Source: an uncultured Nitrospiraceae bacterium (lineage in GTDB: Bacteria; Nitrospirota; Thermodesulfovibrionia; Thermodesulfovibrionales; Dissulfurispiraceae). Taken from it: a DNA stretch of 64,000 bases. Numbering within the stretch: the first letter of the stretch is position 1; each line of letters opens with the position of its first letter. The position numbers were made by a program, and so were the translations under genes. Of this stretch, positions 20,948 to 30,828 are shown in pieces. Under the pieces are notes generated by a model, which made no database searches, was not told where the DNA came from, and saw only the letters and a program-made list of their open reading frames with translations. The stretch is taken from assembly GCA_963727805.1 (NCBI GenBank), contig CAVSHF010000003.1:1312001-1376000 (forward strand), given 5' to 3'.

Positions 20948-21313
20948 ATGAACAAAAGAGCGAAAATGACGTTGGCTAAAGCTGAAAGGAAGCAACAGAG
21001 GGATGAGGCGGGCCTAGTGTCTTCTCATTTCCCCAATGTTGCCAGTATCGTCATTAGCATGACATATAGGCAAATTGGAGTATTGGAACCCATGCTGCGG
21101 ACTATTAATTTTTTCCCGGGCAGTTACGCCATGTTCGTCGTTAACTGTTTAAACGAAGGATGCGTTGGTGGCGGGTTCGATTTTCGCGAAGTGATAGCAG
21201 ACAAGATCAAGAACCTCAAAAATGTAGCAAAGGGGGAGCTCTCTTGTGCTGTTTGCGGTCCTGCCGCTCATTTTTCTGATGTTGTCTACGATATCTCAAT
21301 ACGTTACGCATAA
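20948..21313 (+). CDS. Hypothetical Cys-containing protein downstream of csp
   Basis: GGAG RBS before ATG 20948; CLNEGCVGGGFD and CAVC motifs. Confidence 0.6.
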   Translation: MNKRAKMTLAKAERKQQRDEAGLVSSHFPNVASIVISMTYRQIGVLEPMLRTINFFPGSYAMFVVNCLNEGCVGGGFDFREVIADKIKNLKNVAKGELSCAVCGPAAHFSDVVYDISIRYA

Positions 21314-21648
21314 ATAGAATCCTCCATGGCGGTGCCGCTCTCGAGTTTATCTCCTCAGCCAGACTAACAAAGCACCTGCACAAAGTTCTGGGTGCGTACT
21401 TTCGAAAACAAAGGGTTAAAGAGGAACTTTTATCATATTGATTTAAAAATATACAGATCACGTTAAAAGGGAGACAGGGATAATAGAACCAAAAAAGGCA
21501 GAAAATGTAGAGACTTCATTCCGGGACGCCTCAGTAGTTGGGAGCCCGCTGAATGAAGCGTTCGAAAAAGCGAAGGACGGCAGGACAAAAAGCAGATCAG
21601 GGCAGTCATCGACGTGAACGTCTTCGAGCCTGAGGCAGGCGTAGAATA

Positions 21649-21813
21649 ATGCTGTTCCTTTTGAAGTTCATCGGATCCACCGCTTTGGGAATGCTCGGCA
21701 GCTGGCTCGGTGGGTTTATCGGCTTCGGCATGGGGCTCTTCCTCAGCATCGTTCTTAGCATTGTAGGCTGGTATTTGACTAAGTACCTGTGCGAGGAATA
21801 CTTGCCAGTTTGA
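21649..21813 (+). CDS. Small (54 aa) Gly-rich membrane protein, below the ORF-track cutoff
   Basis: MLFLLKFIGSTALGMLGSWLGGFIGFGMGLFLSIVLSIVGWYLTKYLCEEYLPV; two hydrophobic helices with GxxxG patterns. Confidence 0.55.
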   Translation: MLFLLKFIGSTALGMLGSWLGGFIGFGMGLFLSIVLSIVGWYLTKYLCEEYLPV

Positions 21814-22084
21814 CTAAGCACAATCATTTTAAAGTCGTTGGCATCGGCTTATACTCCTTTTAGTTCAGCGGAAAGATGCGAGGGAGATTATTTCTAGCAA
21901 CCCTCAGGTCACCCAGTTGCTAGATTCGGAGGATTTCAATCGGGAATTGATAACCTTGAATTCCGGCAAAAGCTTGCCGAGGCAAAGACCTATCTCGTTG
22001 TACTGAGCACGATTTATATCATTGCAAGACTTAACCCCATTGCCGAGTATCCAGATAAAAGTATAATCTTTAAAGAGGTGCAAA

Positions 22085-22573
22085 ATGATAAAATCAAAGG
22101 AATCAATACCTGACAGAGTCAAAAAAGGAACTGTACCTGCACTCGAAAGGTTAAGTGCACTTGATATAGACCAGCTTCATGCTGTACTAGCAACTACATT
22201 AGATGGACAACCTTATACTTCTTTAATCGCTTATGCACTTACTCCTGATAAGAAAGGGCTTGTATTTGTTACACCCCAAAAAACACAGAAATATAGAAAT
22301 ATCCTCAAAAATAATCGCGTTTCCCTTCTCATTGATACACGATCAAATACAGAAAAAGATTATATGGGTGCTGAATCATTGACTATTTTAGGAAATGCCA
22401 AGCTCGTGAGAAAAAGGGGGGAATGGCCAGAATTAGCTGACGTGCTCATACGGAAGCATCCGACTCTTAAGGAAATAATTCATTCTGCTGAAACGAATTT
22501 GATATTCGTAACAATCACCAGGTGTATCCATGTTACAAGATTTCAGACTGTATCAGAATGGATTTTACGATAA
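22085..22573 (+). CDS. Pyridoxamine 5'-phosphate oxidase-like FMN-binding protein
   Basis: AVLATTLDGQPYTSLI, TQKYRNILKNNRVSLLID. Confidence 0.85.
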   Translation: MIKSKESIPDRVKKGTVPALERLSALDIDQLHAVLATTLDGQPYTSLIAYALTPDKKGLVFVTPQKTQKYRNILKNNRVSLLIDTRSNTEKDYMGAESLTILGNAKLVRKRGEWPELADVLIRKHPTLKEIIHSAETNLIFVTITRCIHVTRFQTVSEWILR

Positions 22574-22625
22574 ATGCAATATATGGAAATCTATAATATG
22601 ACGGTGGTTCGATACAACTGAACAT

Positions 22626-23147
22626 ATGAAGCGCCGATATAAACTTATCTTTGACTTTAGTTTGCCTGGGGAAGAAAATCGATGGGAAATCATGACAGAT
22701 GGGGTCATGGGTGGTATCTCACAAAGTCAACTGTCAATCACATCGAATAAGAGAGGCATTTTCCATGGGGGGGTATCATTAGAAAATTATGGTGGCTTTG
22801 CCTCTATACGATCCCGTCCACAGAAACATCAGTTGGATGGCTTTGAAGGCATTGCTTTGCGGGTTAAAGGTGATGGCAAGAAATACCGACTCCGTTTGAA
22901 AACCGACGATGAATTTGAGGGTGTTGCATATCAGGCAAGTTATACAACACAGGCCGAAAGGTGGATTACTGTACATTTACCATTCAAAGAGTTTATACCT
23001 GTTTTCCGCGGGCGCACAGTGCTAGAAGCTGCCAAGCTTGAAGCGCGCCACATCAGAAGAATCGGCTTTATGATTGCTGATAAACAAGCAGGACCTTTTA
23101 ACCTTGAAATTGATTGGGTAAAAGCCTATACGGATAATAATTCATAA
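22626..23147 (+). CDS. CIA30 family protein
   Basis: W..MTDGVMGGIS, VSLENYGGFASIR, GDGKKY, FIPVFRG, DKQAGPF. Confidence 0.9.
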   Translation: MKRRYKLIFDFSLPGEENRWEIMTDGVMGGISQSQLSITSNKRGIFHGGVSLENYGGFASIRSRPQKHQLDGFEGIALRVKGDGKKYRLRLKTDDEFEGVAYQASYTTQAERWITVHLPFKEFIPVFRGRTVLEAAKLEARHIRRIGFMIADKQAGPFNLEIDWVKAYTDNNS

Positions 23148-23398
23148 TAAGAATTGGCTAGGGAATGGATATAAGAGAAAAGAAATCGGCTGCCGGATTT
23201 CATAACCTGTCTTCTAAAGTTCTGCATCAATGTAATCCATTTCGATAGGAATGATCTTTACCATACTCATAAAATATGGTATCAATACTGGTTTGAGACT
23301 CTTATGTTTTTTTGGAAGCCTTAATCCCTTCTTCGAATAGTGCGGACCCTCTTCTGTCGATCTCGGCAGTTCCGCTAAGCATATCATGATCTATCCTC

Positions 23399-23959
23399 TC
23401 AAATCTTGTATGAATCTGCTTCAAACTGGACAGTTTTTATCAGATTACCGGTATCATAAAATTGAATTCTCAGCTTTTGCAAAATATGGTCATATTTTTT
23501 TTCGTCCATTTTAGGTGATCGGTTCAGTATCCATAAATACTTTCTGTCGGGATGACCTACAACAGCATAATCATAATTTTCTCCAAGGTCGATAATCCAG
23601 TAATGTCCAGAAAAAAACCAGAAAAAAGAAACCTTCAATTTAGCATTTGTCGTATGATCAACTACCCACGCTTTTCCCTTGATTGAAGAAATCACACCGT
23701 CAAGCGTCCCCTTTCGGCATTGATTCAGGACATCAATCTTACCATCCTCACGGATTGAGTAAGTTGCAGTCGTTCCAACGCATCCTTCTTGAAAACGGTT
23801 GGGATAGTGGGCGATCTCATACCATTTTCCAGCGTATCGGGTTAGATCAACGAAAGTAACCACCTCTAGAGGAGGTGCCCCCTTCTTCAGCCAAGAACTA
23901 CAGGCCAGAAAAGATATGCTCAATGTCAGGAAAATCCACATGTGCTTACCTATTTCCAT
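23399..23959 (-). CDS. blc: Bacterial lipocalin lipoprotein
   Basis: Lipobox FLAC, DLTRYAGKWYEIA, LKVSFFW, YWIIDL, YLWIL.R.P. Confidence 0.9.
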   Translation of the reverse strand: MEIGKHMWIFLTLSISFLACSSWLKKGAPPLEVVTFVDLTRYAGKWYEIAHYPNRFQEGCVGTTATYSIREDGKIDVLNQCRKGTLDGVISSIKGKAWVVDHTTNAKLKVSFFWFFSGHYWIIDLGENYDYAVVGHPDRKYLWILNRSPKMDEKKYDHILQKLRIQFYDTGNLIKTVQFEADSYKI

Positions 23960-24402
23960 ACATAGAGCATAGTTAAAAAATATCCGTTAACCAAGTCAGG
24001 GACAGAGATAGGGTCAGCCCTTGATTCTTAAAAAAATCCCCGAGCTAACAAAAAAGAAGGCTGACACTGACTTGCGATAAAATAAAACATGTAAATCGGC
24101 GTAGCATTTTGAGCCACTCATACGCATGCTAAAAGCTTGGATAAGAGTATGTTAAGACATTAGCAGACGGATCAAAGTTGAATGCCCATAGAGGGCAAAC
24201 GCAGGTCAAACGCCTTGGCTGTCAACATAATACTGGTAGATCTGGCCTTAAGGCTACATGAGTGCATGCTTTCAGAAGCGTATATTCGCATATTGAGAAG
24301 TAACGACTGCGTCTGGAAGAAACAATCTCGAAGTTCGATATGGCAAAATTAGTGAACAAGCACCTGAGTTGATACCCTAATCCAGTTTGAATAGTGGGAT
24401 TC

Positions 24403-24442
24403 TGCTCTGAAGCTTCCCAGCACTTACGGAAGCTTCAGAGCA
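24403..24442 (-). terminator. Hairpin after the small minus-strand gene
   Basis: TGCTCTGAAGCTTCC / GGAAGCTTCAGAGCA, a 15-bp perfect stem. The U-tract is weak. Confidence 0.5.
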
Positions 24443-24468
24443 AACGATGTTACATCACACCGCTAATG

Positions 24469-24630
24469 TCAGGATACCTTTTGCAGAAGGCCTTTTACGA
24501 CAGCCTCTTCCTCGTGGAGGGACGATTTGTCGTGTTTCGTTTCTACGATTTCCAGTCTCAACTCTGAAAGGTAGGAATCAAGAACCTTCTTCAGCAGGGT
24601 CTTCTCTGCGGCGCTCACCTCAACGTTCAT
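24469..24630 (-). CDS. Small hypothetical helical protein (53 aa)
   Basis: AAGGAGG RBS before MNVEVSAAEK... The longer ORF-track start is unlikely. Confidence 0.65.
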   Translation of the reverse strand: MNVEVSAAEKTLLKKVLDSYLSELRLEIVETKHDKSSLHEEEAVVKGLLQKVS

Positions 24631-24876
24631 GACGATGCTCCTCCTTTTTAGTGTATTACATGATCTTAGTATAGCTGAAAAAAGCAGAGTGTCAAGACAA
24701 TCAACCGCTTTTCTATGCCCTTTATCTGCTGCGGACAAGATCAGACGAAGGGGGGCAGAAGAGACCTTCACATTTCACGTCAGGACAGGATCTCCGATTC
24801 GAGACTATAGACTGAAGTAGGTTGTCATTATCTATTTTTTGACAAACACGGTTTCCGAGTGACTGGTATCGGCAGA

Positions 24877-24936
24877 ACGGGCAAAATAAACATTGAATGT
24901 CCTTGGTCAAGGGCATTCAATGTTTATTTTGCCCGT
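24877..24936. repeat. 60-bp near-perfect palindrome
   Basis: 29-bp arms ACGGGCAAAATAAACATTGAATGTCCTTG / CAAGGGCATTCAATGTTTATTTTGCCCGT with one mismatch and a 2-nt loop. Confidence 0.9.
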
Positions 24937-24982
24937 ACCATGACATTATCTTTTTTGCTCCGAGATACGACTCTATCTTTTC

Positions 24983-25010
24983 TTGACAGGATCTAATACG
25001 GTGATATACT
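24983..25010 (+). promoter_or_regulatory. Sigma70-like promoter with no intact ORF immediately downstream
   Basis: TTGACA, 16 nt, TATACT with TGn. Confidence 0.45.
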
Positions 25011-25234
25011 TAACGTATTGATTAAAGCTTTGCTTGACTCAATATCCATAGACATGAATGAGGTTGGAAGGATGACAAAGGCACTATCCGAAAAGGCTCT
25101 TGCTCAATAGGGTTTTCTGGGATAGGCTTAATATGGCAACCAAAGAAAGTCTCGGGAAAGTATGCCACAAATGAAAGGGCTGAAAGAGCTAATGTTGCCG
25201 GTTAGGCGACAAAGAGAGGATGCGCAGATATAGT

Positions 25235-25269
25235 GGATCTTGGATATGCAGGATCTTGGATATGCAGGA
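25235..25269. repeat. 16-bp exact tandem duplication
   Basis: GGATCTTGGATATGCA twice, plus GGA. Confidence 0.85.
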
Positions 25270-25617
25270 GCCTATATGTTCCCATAGGAAATGCAAGAAA
25301 AGACCACGTGAGGGAAATCTGTGCATTGTCAGGATATTAAGGAAATTGGGGGACAGATCCCTATAGAAACAAATGCAGCAATTCGCCATGACGCAGAGGC
25401 TGCAGGGCGATTGTGATGGCCTTTTCTAGGGCGAACGGCCGAGGCAGTCCCCTTGAGGAGGATCCACACTATTTTCAATAAGGCTCATACAACACAGGGC
25501 GGAAATGTGACAGGCGTCAGCACTGTCTGCGGGCCTGCACAGGTTTCATGTGCACTATTAGGGAATCTAACAGGTGGGACATATCTAAGATTATAGACGT
25601 GTATCCAGCTCGAAAGG

Positions 25618-26160
25618 ATGTATGAAATGGCACAATGGATTGTGGATCCTGATCACTCAGTAGCGGCATTTTCCATTCGCCACATGATGATTGCTCATGT
25701 TCGGGGCCAGTTCAACAAAATCGCGGGGAGTATATATTTTGATCCTCCTAATATTGATAACTCATCAATAGACCTAACCATTGATGTATCAAGCATTTTT
25801 ACAGGGGTAACGAAACGTGACGATCACTTGAGAAGCCCTGATTTTTTTAATATCGAGAAATATCCCACCATCTCGTTCAAGAGTATCCAAACAACTGCAG
25901 TTAATGGCAACCGGGTGAAAGTGACTGGCGACTTAACAATACACGGAATAACACGTCAGATAACTATTCCTGTTGAGTTTTGGGGTCCAGTAAAAGACCC
26001 CTTTGGCGACGGATTAAGCATGGGCTTTGCAGCATCTGCAATAATAAATCGTGAGGACTACGAGATTAATTGGAATCAGATAATGGCAGACAATGGGATC
26101 ATGGTCGGCCGGAAGGTCAATCTTTTCATAGATGTGGAAGCAGATCTCGCCCCGGAATAA
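25618..26160 (+). CDS. YceI family protein
   Basis: W.VDPDHS, VRGQF, RDDHLRSPDFF, GDLTIHGIT. The start may be 25627. Confidence 0.92.
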   Translation: MYEMAQWIVDPDHSVAAFSIRHMMIAHVRGQFNKIAGSIYFDPPNIDNSSIDLTIDVSSIFTGVTKRDDHLRSPDFFNIEKYPTISFKSIQTTAVNGNRVKVTGDLTIHGITRQITIPVEFWGPVKDPFGDGLSMGFAASAIINREDYEINWNQIMADNGIMVGRKVNLFIDVEADLAPE

Positions 26161-26193
26161 AGACAATTATCCCAACAATGAAGAGGTGAAGTC

Positions 26194-27558
26194 ATGAAAA
26201 CATATGATGTCATCGTCGTTGGTGCGGGTGATGTAGGCTTGGCGGTCGCCTTTAAAGCTATCTCAAAAGGTCTGAAGGTTGCTCTCATCGACAAGGGATA
26301 TACAGGCGGAACCTGTGTTAACAGCGGGTGTGTACCCTCTAAAATGCTTATATATACTGCAGACCGAATAATTGAGACACGAGAAAATACAAAACTCGGC
26401 ATCAGTTCGGCAATAATCGATGTAAACTTTAGAGCGGTCATGGACCGGATGAGAAGTGTTGTCATTAGAGGCAGAAACTCTATAACAAATGCTATTGAGG
26501 AGTCTGAGAATCTCCATTTCATAGGCAAACAAGGCCATTTCATAGACGAACATACTCTTGAAGTCGATGGTGATAAAATCCGAGGGAAGAAGATTTTCAT
26601 CGCCACTGGTGCACGACCTTCGATTCCCCCGTTAAAAGGACTTGGTAAAGTGCCGTATTTGACGAATGAAAGCGTCTTGGAACTCAAAAAGAAGCCTGAG
26701 AGCATCATTTTTATCGGGGGCGGATATATAGCGCTTGAGTATGCGCATTTCTTTTCGGCCTTGGGTGTGAAGGTTACGATAATCGATAGAAACTTGACCC
26801 TTCTGCCTTTCGGTGAACCGGAAATTTCTGACTTGCTAAAGAAGAAATTGGAGACACGCATCGAACTGCATTTGGGCGTTGAGGGGATTGAAGTGAGACG
26901 GACAGTCAACGGACCCAGGATGTTAATAAGAAACATCGGCACCGGCGGGGAAAAAGAGATTTCAGCAAAGGCGGTGATGGTCTCCGCTGGCAGAAAATCC
27001 AATGCCGATCTACTGAAACCTGAACATGCTGGAATCGAGACAGACAAGGCCAATTTCATAAAAGTTGACGAGTACCTCCGGACGAACAAGCAGCACATTT
27101 GGGCACTTGGAGATGCCATCGGTAGGACAATGTTTACCCATGCCGGAGACAAGGAAGCCGAGTTAGCATGGCACAATGCCACACACAGGGAAAAGATCAA
27201 GATGAATTTCCGGTCCGTCCCCCATGCGGTCTACACGTGCCCGCAGATAGCATCTATTGGCCTGACCGAGCGGCAGGCCCGAAACGCCCACAACATTCTA
27301 GTAGGCCGTGCGTTATATTCCGATACTGTGATGGGAGAGGCGATGATGGAGCGTGATGGTTTTGCAAAAGCTATCGTCGAAAAGGGCACTGGCAGAATTC
27401 TAGGGTTTCACATCATCGGTCCGAATGCTGCAATACTGATTCAGGAGGTTGTCAATGCTATACTAAACAAGGGCGACGTGAAATCTATAACTGAATGTAT
27501 TCATATATTCCCTGCTCTGTCAAACATCGTGCCGGAAACTTTCAGTAATCTTGAATAA
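26194..27558 (+). CDS. Class I pyridine nucleotide-disulfide oxidoreductase (dihydrolipoyl dehydrogenase/mycothione reductase-like)
   Basis: GGTCVNSGCVPSK redox disulfide, IATGARP, GGGYIALE, IWALGD. Confidence 0.88.
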   Translation: MKTYDVIVVGAGDVGLAVAFKAISKGLKVALIDKGYTGGTCVNSGCVPSKMLIYTADRIIETRENTKLGISSAIIDVNFRAVMDRMRSVVIRGRNSITNAIEESENLHFIGKQGHFIDEHTLEVDGDKIRGKKIFIATGARPSIPPLKGLGKVPYLTNESVLELKKKPESIIFIGGGYIALEYAHFFSALGVKVTIIDRNLTLLPFGEPEISDLLKKKLETRIELHLGVEGIEVRRTVNGPRMLIRNIGTGGEKEISAKAVMVSAGRKSNADLLKPEHAGIETDKANFIKVDEYLRTNKQHIWALGDAIGRTMFTHAGDKEAELAWHNATHREKIKMNFRSVPHAVYTCPQIASIGLTERQARNAHNILVGRALYSDTVMGEAMMERDGFAKAIVEKGTGRILGFHIIGPNAAILIQEVVNAILNKGDVKSITECIHIFPALSNIVPETFSNLE

Positions 27559-27660
27559 GATCAAATCACAGACACTTCAAAAGAAGCTGCATTTTTCAAC
27601 CTTTCTCCTACCAGCACACCTTGCTTTGCATCTTCGCCTAAAAGACAGTATATAACTATG

Positions 27661-27860
27661 TATCAGTCCCGGTACTTCTTGCAGTCAAAGATTTGATCAG
27701 TGACTTTTATTTTCGGGGACCCACACCATCGCTATGAGCCTGTTTTGTGGCCTCGGCAGGGGGAAACATACTCGAGCACAGCCCAGAAGATGTTTCCCTG
27801 CAAAAAACCAACAGATCTAGAGGTGCCCGACTCGCGTGGACTTCAGGAAGGAATGTCGCA
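27661..27860 (+). ncRNA. Candidate ~190-nt rod-shaped non-coding RNA
   Basis: Nested complementary segments 27675-86/27839-50, 27713-21/27822-30 and 27756-69/27790-801. Upstream TTGCAT-17-TATATA; no ORF. Confidence 0.35.
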
Positions 27861-28006
27861 ACAATGTCTTCATTAGAGTCGAGGAGGAATTTAAGTAGTA
27901 ATGCGCTAAGATAAAATCATATTTTGAGGTCGTAGTTGAATACCGCATTCCGAAACCCCAGTCAAGATGTGTTTTTACAGTAAATTCACATAATCTCTTA
28001 TACAGA

Positions 28007-28216
28007 TCATTTTGCCTGCTTCTTGTATTGATAAATCAGATTTTTCATCTCCTGAGATTCGGCCTTCAGCGTTCCGATCTTGTTCTCCCTGGTATATTCG
28101 CCTTCAAAAACATCGAAATCCCCATGCTGGTTCGCTACGTATTTCTTTCCCTCATGTTCATAGCACGTGACCAGCATATTGCTGTATAAAGAACGCACAT
28201 GAGTCATTGCAACCAT
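28007..28216 (-). CDS. Hypothetical protein (69 aa)
   Basis: GAGGAGG RBS; follows yajQ on the same strand. Confidence 0.7.
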   Translation of the reverse strand: MVAMTHVRSLYSNMLVTCYEHEGKKYVANQHGDFDVFEGEYTRENKIGTLKAESQEMKNLIYQYKKQAK

Positions 28217-28234
28217 AGGTCCTCCTCTTCCGTT

Positions 28235-28732
28235 TTATCGGTAATTCGTAAATTGCACGTGAATCCCTAGATCCTTTCCCTTAATCAAAGCCATAAGCGT
28301 CTGGAGGTCATCGATTTTTTTGCCCCTCACCCTGACCTGGTCTTTCTGTATTTCAGCGTTTACTTTGAGCTTCGTATCCTTGATGATCCTGACAATCTCT
28401 TTAGCCTTTTCCTGGGGTATGCCTTGCTGGAGTGTAATGACCTGCCTGACCGTGCTGCCAGCCGCCTGTTCTATCTTGCCGTAAGTCAGTGCTTTCAGCG
28501 AGACACCCCTCTTTACGAGTTTTGACTGGAGGACCTCGGTAACACTCTTTAGCTTGAATTCATCATCCGACACCAGTGTGATAATTGCCTTGCCCTTGTC
28601 GAGTTCGATAGAGCTCTTACTGCCTTTGAAATCAAACCGCTGGCCTATTTCCTTCTCTGCCTGGGTAACAGCGTTTAAAACCTCTTGCATATCAATTTCG
28701 CACGCAATATCAAAAGTATGTTCATCAGCCAT
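28235..28732 (-). CDS. yajQ: YajQ family nucleotide/c-di-GMP-binding protein
   Basis: [47 protein letters not shown]. Confidence 0.95.
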   Translation of the reverse strand: MADEHTFDIACEIDMQEVLNAVTQAEKEIGQRFDFKGSKSSIELDKGKAIITLVSDDEFKLKSVTEVLQSKLVKRGVSLKALTYGKIEQAAGSTVRQVITLQQGIPQEKAKEIVRIIKDTKLKVNAEIQKDQVRVRGKKIDDLQTLMALIKGKDLGIHVQFTNYR

Positions 28733-28830
28733 TGAGGACCTCCTGACAACTTAGTCCATTTTGATTATTATATCATAAAGGCTTCCCTTAGCGGTTGCAC
28801 AAAGCCCCACATTCCCTTTAATATTAAAGC

Positions 28831-29301
28831 ATGTTCGACCGATGCATCCCGCCCCGTTTTACCCTGAGCCTGAAGTTCATTATCGGATGTAGCCTCACGC
28901 TAATCATTGCCCTCGGCATCTCTTTTCATTTTCTCGCTGAACGACAGGAGAAGCTCATTATGGGGCAGGTCGAAAGAGAGGTTAGGGTCCTTTTCAAGCA
29001 GATCGTCATTACAAGAGAGTCGGTTGCAGACCACGGCGGCATCTTCATCAAACGTCTTCCTTCAGTAAAGCCGAGCCTTTATGTTCCCAATCCTGAGATC
29101 GTTGATGTGAATGGAAAACGTTACATCATAAAAACTCTCGCCATGCTTACAAAGGACCTTTCCGAATACGCCAAAGAGCAGGGGCTTTAGTGGTTCCGTA
29201 TAACAAGCCTTAAGCTTACCAATCCGGAAAATGCGCCGGACGAGTTCGAGATCAGGCAGTACCCGGCACCACAGGGACTTTCCTTTCATAGTACAATGTA
29301 A
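28831..29301 (+). pseudogene. Truncated DUF3365/Tll0287-like periplasmic sensor domain gene
   Basis: TM helix and ADHGGIF. In-frame TAG at 29188-90, followed by the continuing family-like WFRITSLKLTNPENAPDEFE, then loss of similarity. Confidence 0.7.
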
Positions 29302-29318
29302 GCAGGAGACTAAAATAA

Positions 29319-30389
29319 ATGGACAGGGAAAAAATTCATGAGATTATCATCAACAATCTTCCGCACGGCTTTTCGCTCGTCGATAAAGAGGGCATCATTA
29401 TCGAATTCAATCGCGCCGCCGAGGAGTTGACGGGGTATTCGAAGAGTGATGTTATCGGGCGCTCGCATCTGGAGATTTTCCACAGCACTTCTGATAAATC
29501 GAAATGTCCCCTTATGCAATTCACCGTACACGAAAAAAAAGGCTTTGATTCTCTCGAAAGCCTCCTGAAGAAGAAGAACGGCGAAACAATTATGATTTCG
29601 GTCACCGTCTTTCCTATTTATGATACGAACGGTTCATTTATGGGCGGCGTTGAGCTTTTCAGGGACATCACGGCCCAGAAGAAAAGAGAGCGTGAGCATA
29701 AGAACATCCTTTCTATGTTCGCACATGACATGAAAAACCCGGTAGTCATAGCTCGCGGGTTCCTGGCGCGCCTGCTTTCAGAAAAAGCCGGTGACGTGAC
29801 CGAAAAACAACGTGAGTATTATGGCTTGATGGAAGAGGAACTCAAGAGACTACACGAACTCATTTCTGATTTTCTTCAATTTTCCCGTTTTGAAGCTAAA
29901 GAATATGTCCCTGTGCTTTCTTCGTTCAATATCACCGATGCATTGTTGGAACATGTAAGATTCGCCAAAGTTGAGGCAGATATAAAAAATATCAATATCG
30001 TATGCGACATCCCCACTGGTGATCATAGCCCCCTAATGGCTGACGGGTCGATGATCAGCAGGGTTGTCTCGAACCTCCTTGATAATGCAATCAAATACAC
30101 CAATCCCGGTGGAACCATTGTCGTCACGATCGCCGACCGAAACAATTATCTCCTTGTTAGCATAAAAGACACCGGAGTCGGTATTTCTAAAGAACACCTG
30201 CCCTTTATCTTTGATGCTTTTTACCGAGTAAGCAAGGACAGCAAAGGCTCGGGACTCGGTCTTTTTATCGCAAAGACCATCGTGGAAGCCCACGGCGGGA
30301 CAATCTGGGTGGAGAGCGTTCCCTCAGAGGGCAGTACTTTTTCCTTCACCCTCCCTAAAAAATTGTGCGAGATGGCCTTATTATCCTAA
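29319..30389 (+). CDS. Cytoplasmic PAS-domain sensor histidine kinase
   Basis: PAS (FNRAAEELTGY), H-box FAHDMKNP, NLLDNAIKY, DTGVG, GSGLGL. Confidence 0.93.
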   Translation: MDREKIHEIIINNLPHGFSLVDKEGIIIEFNRAAEELTGYSKSDVIGRSHLEIFHSTSDKSKCPLMQFTVHEKKGFDSLESLLKKKNGETIMISVTVFPIYDTNGSFMGGVELFRDITAQKKREREHKNILSMFAHDMKNPVVIARGFLARLLSEKAGDVTEKQREYYGLMEEELKRLHELISDFLQFSRFEAKEYVPVLSSFNITDALLEHVRFAKVEADIKNINIVCDIPTGDHSPLMADGSMISRVVSNLLDNAIKYTNPGGTIVVTIADRNNYLLVSIKDTGVGISKEHLPFIFDAFYRVSKDSKGSGLGLFIAKTIVEAHGGTIWVESVPSEGSTFSFTLPKKLCEMALLS

Positions 30390-30828
30390 CATCCTTTCCC
30401 TGCAGAACTCGCAGGACTGATTATCAATGCCTATGAGAAAATCCAAGCTGATTCTGTTCACCCTCCTTTGGAATCCGGCTAAGTTAACTCCAGACCGCGA
30501 AGCCATTACCTGACACTCTCCGAGGCAGAACGACAATGTCTTGCTGGGTGTATCCGAAACAAGGTATCAGTATCGAAAAAGCGCTGCAGGGAAGGATAGT
30601 CGAACCTTTAAATCAGACCCAAAGAGGTCGCAAGGCTAAGATCTGCAGCACCGACTGTGGGCTCTCATTGTCAAAATTTCGTAGACATATTGGGCGACAG
30701 CGGCAAAGGAAGTGCTTTCTTCTTTACTCAACCGTTAAACATATCATAACATTGTTGCCTCCATTTGGCTACAAGGCGTGATACCACTATACTGAACGTA
30801 TGACTACCTATTCGAAGGAAGGTGTGGT

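Noticed and set aside
25133..25192. CHK-UGA (CxxU) mini-selenoprotein
   Set aside because: A second TGA and a TAA follow within a few codons; no recognisable family or hairpin.
26076..27200. 374-aa minus-strand ORF
   Set aside because: Antisense shadow of the disulfide reductase; no motifs.
29188..29190. In-frame TAG as pyrrolysine or readthrough
   Set aside because: The position looks like a Tyr site, and the gene is truncated ~20 codons later anyway.
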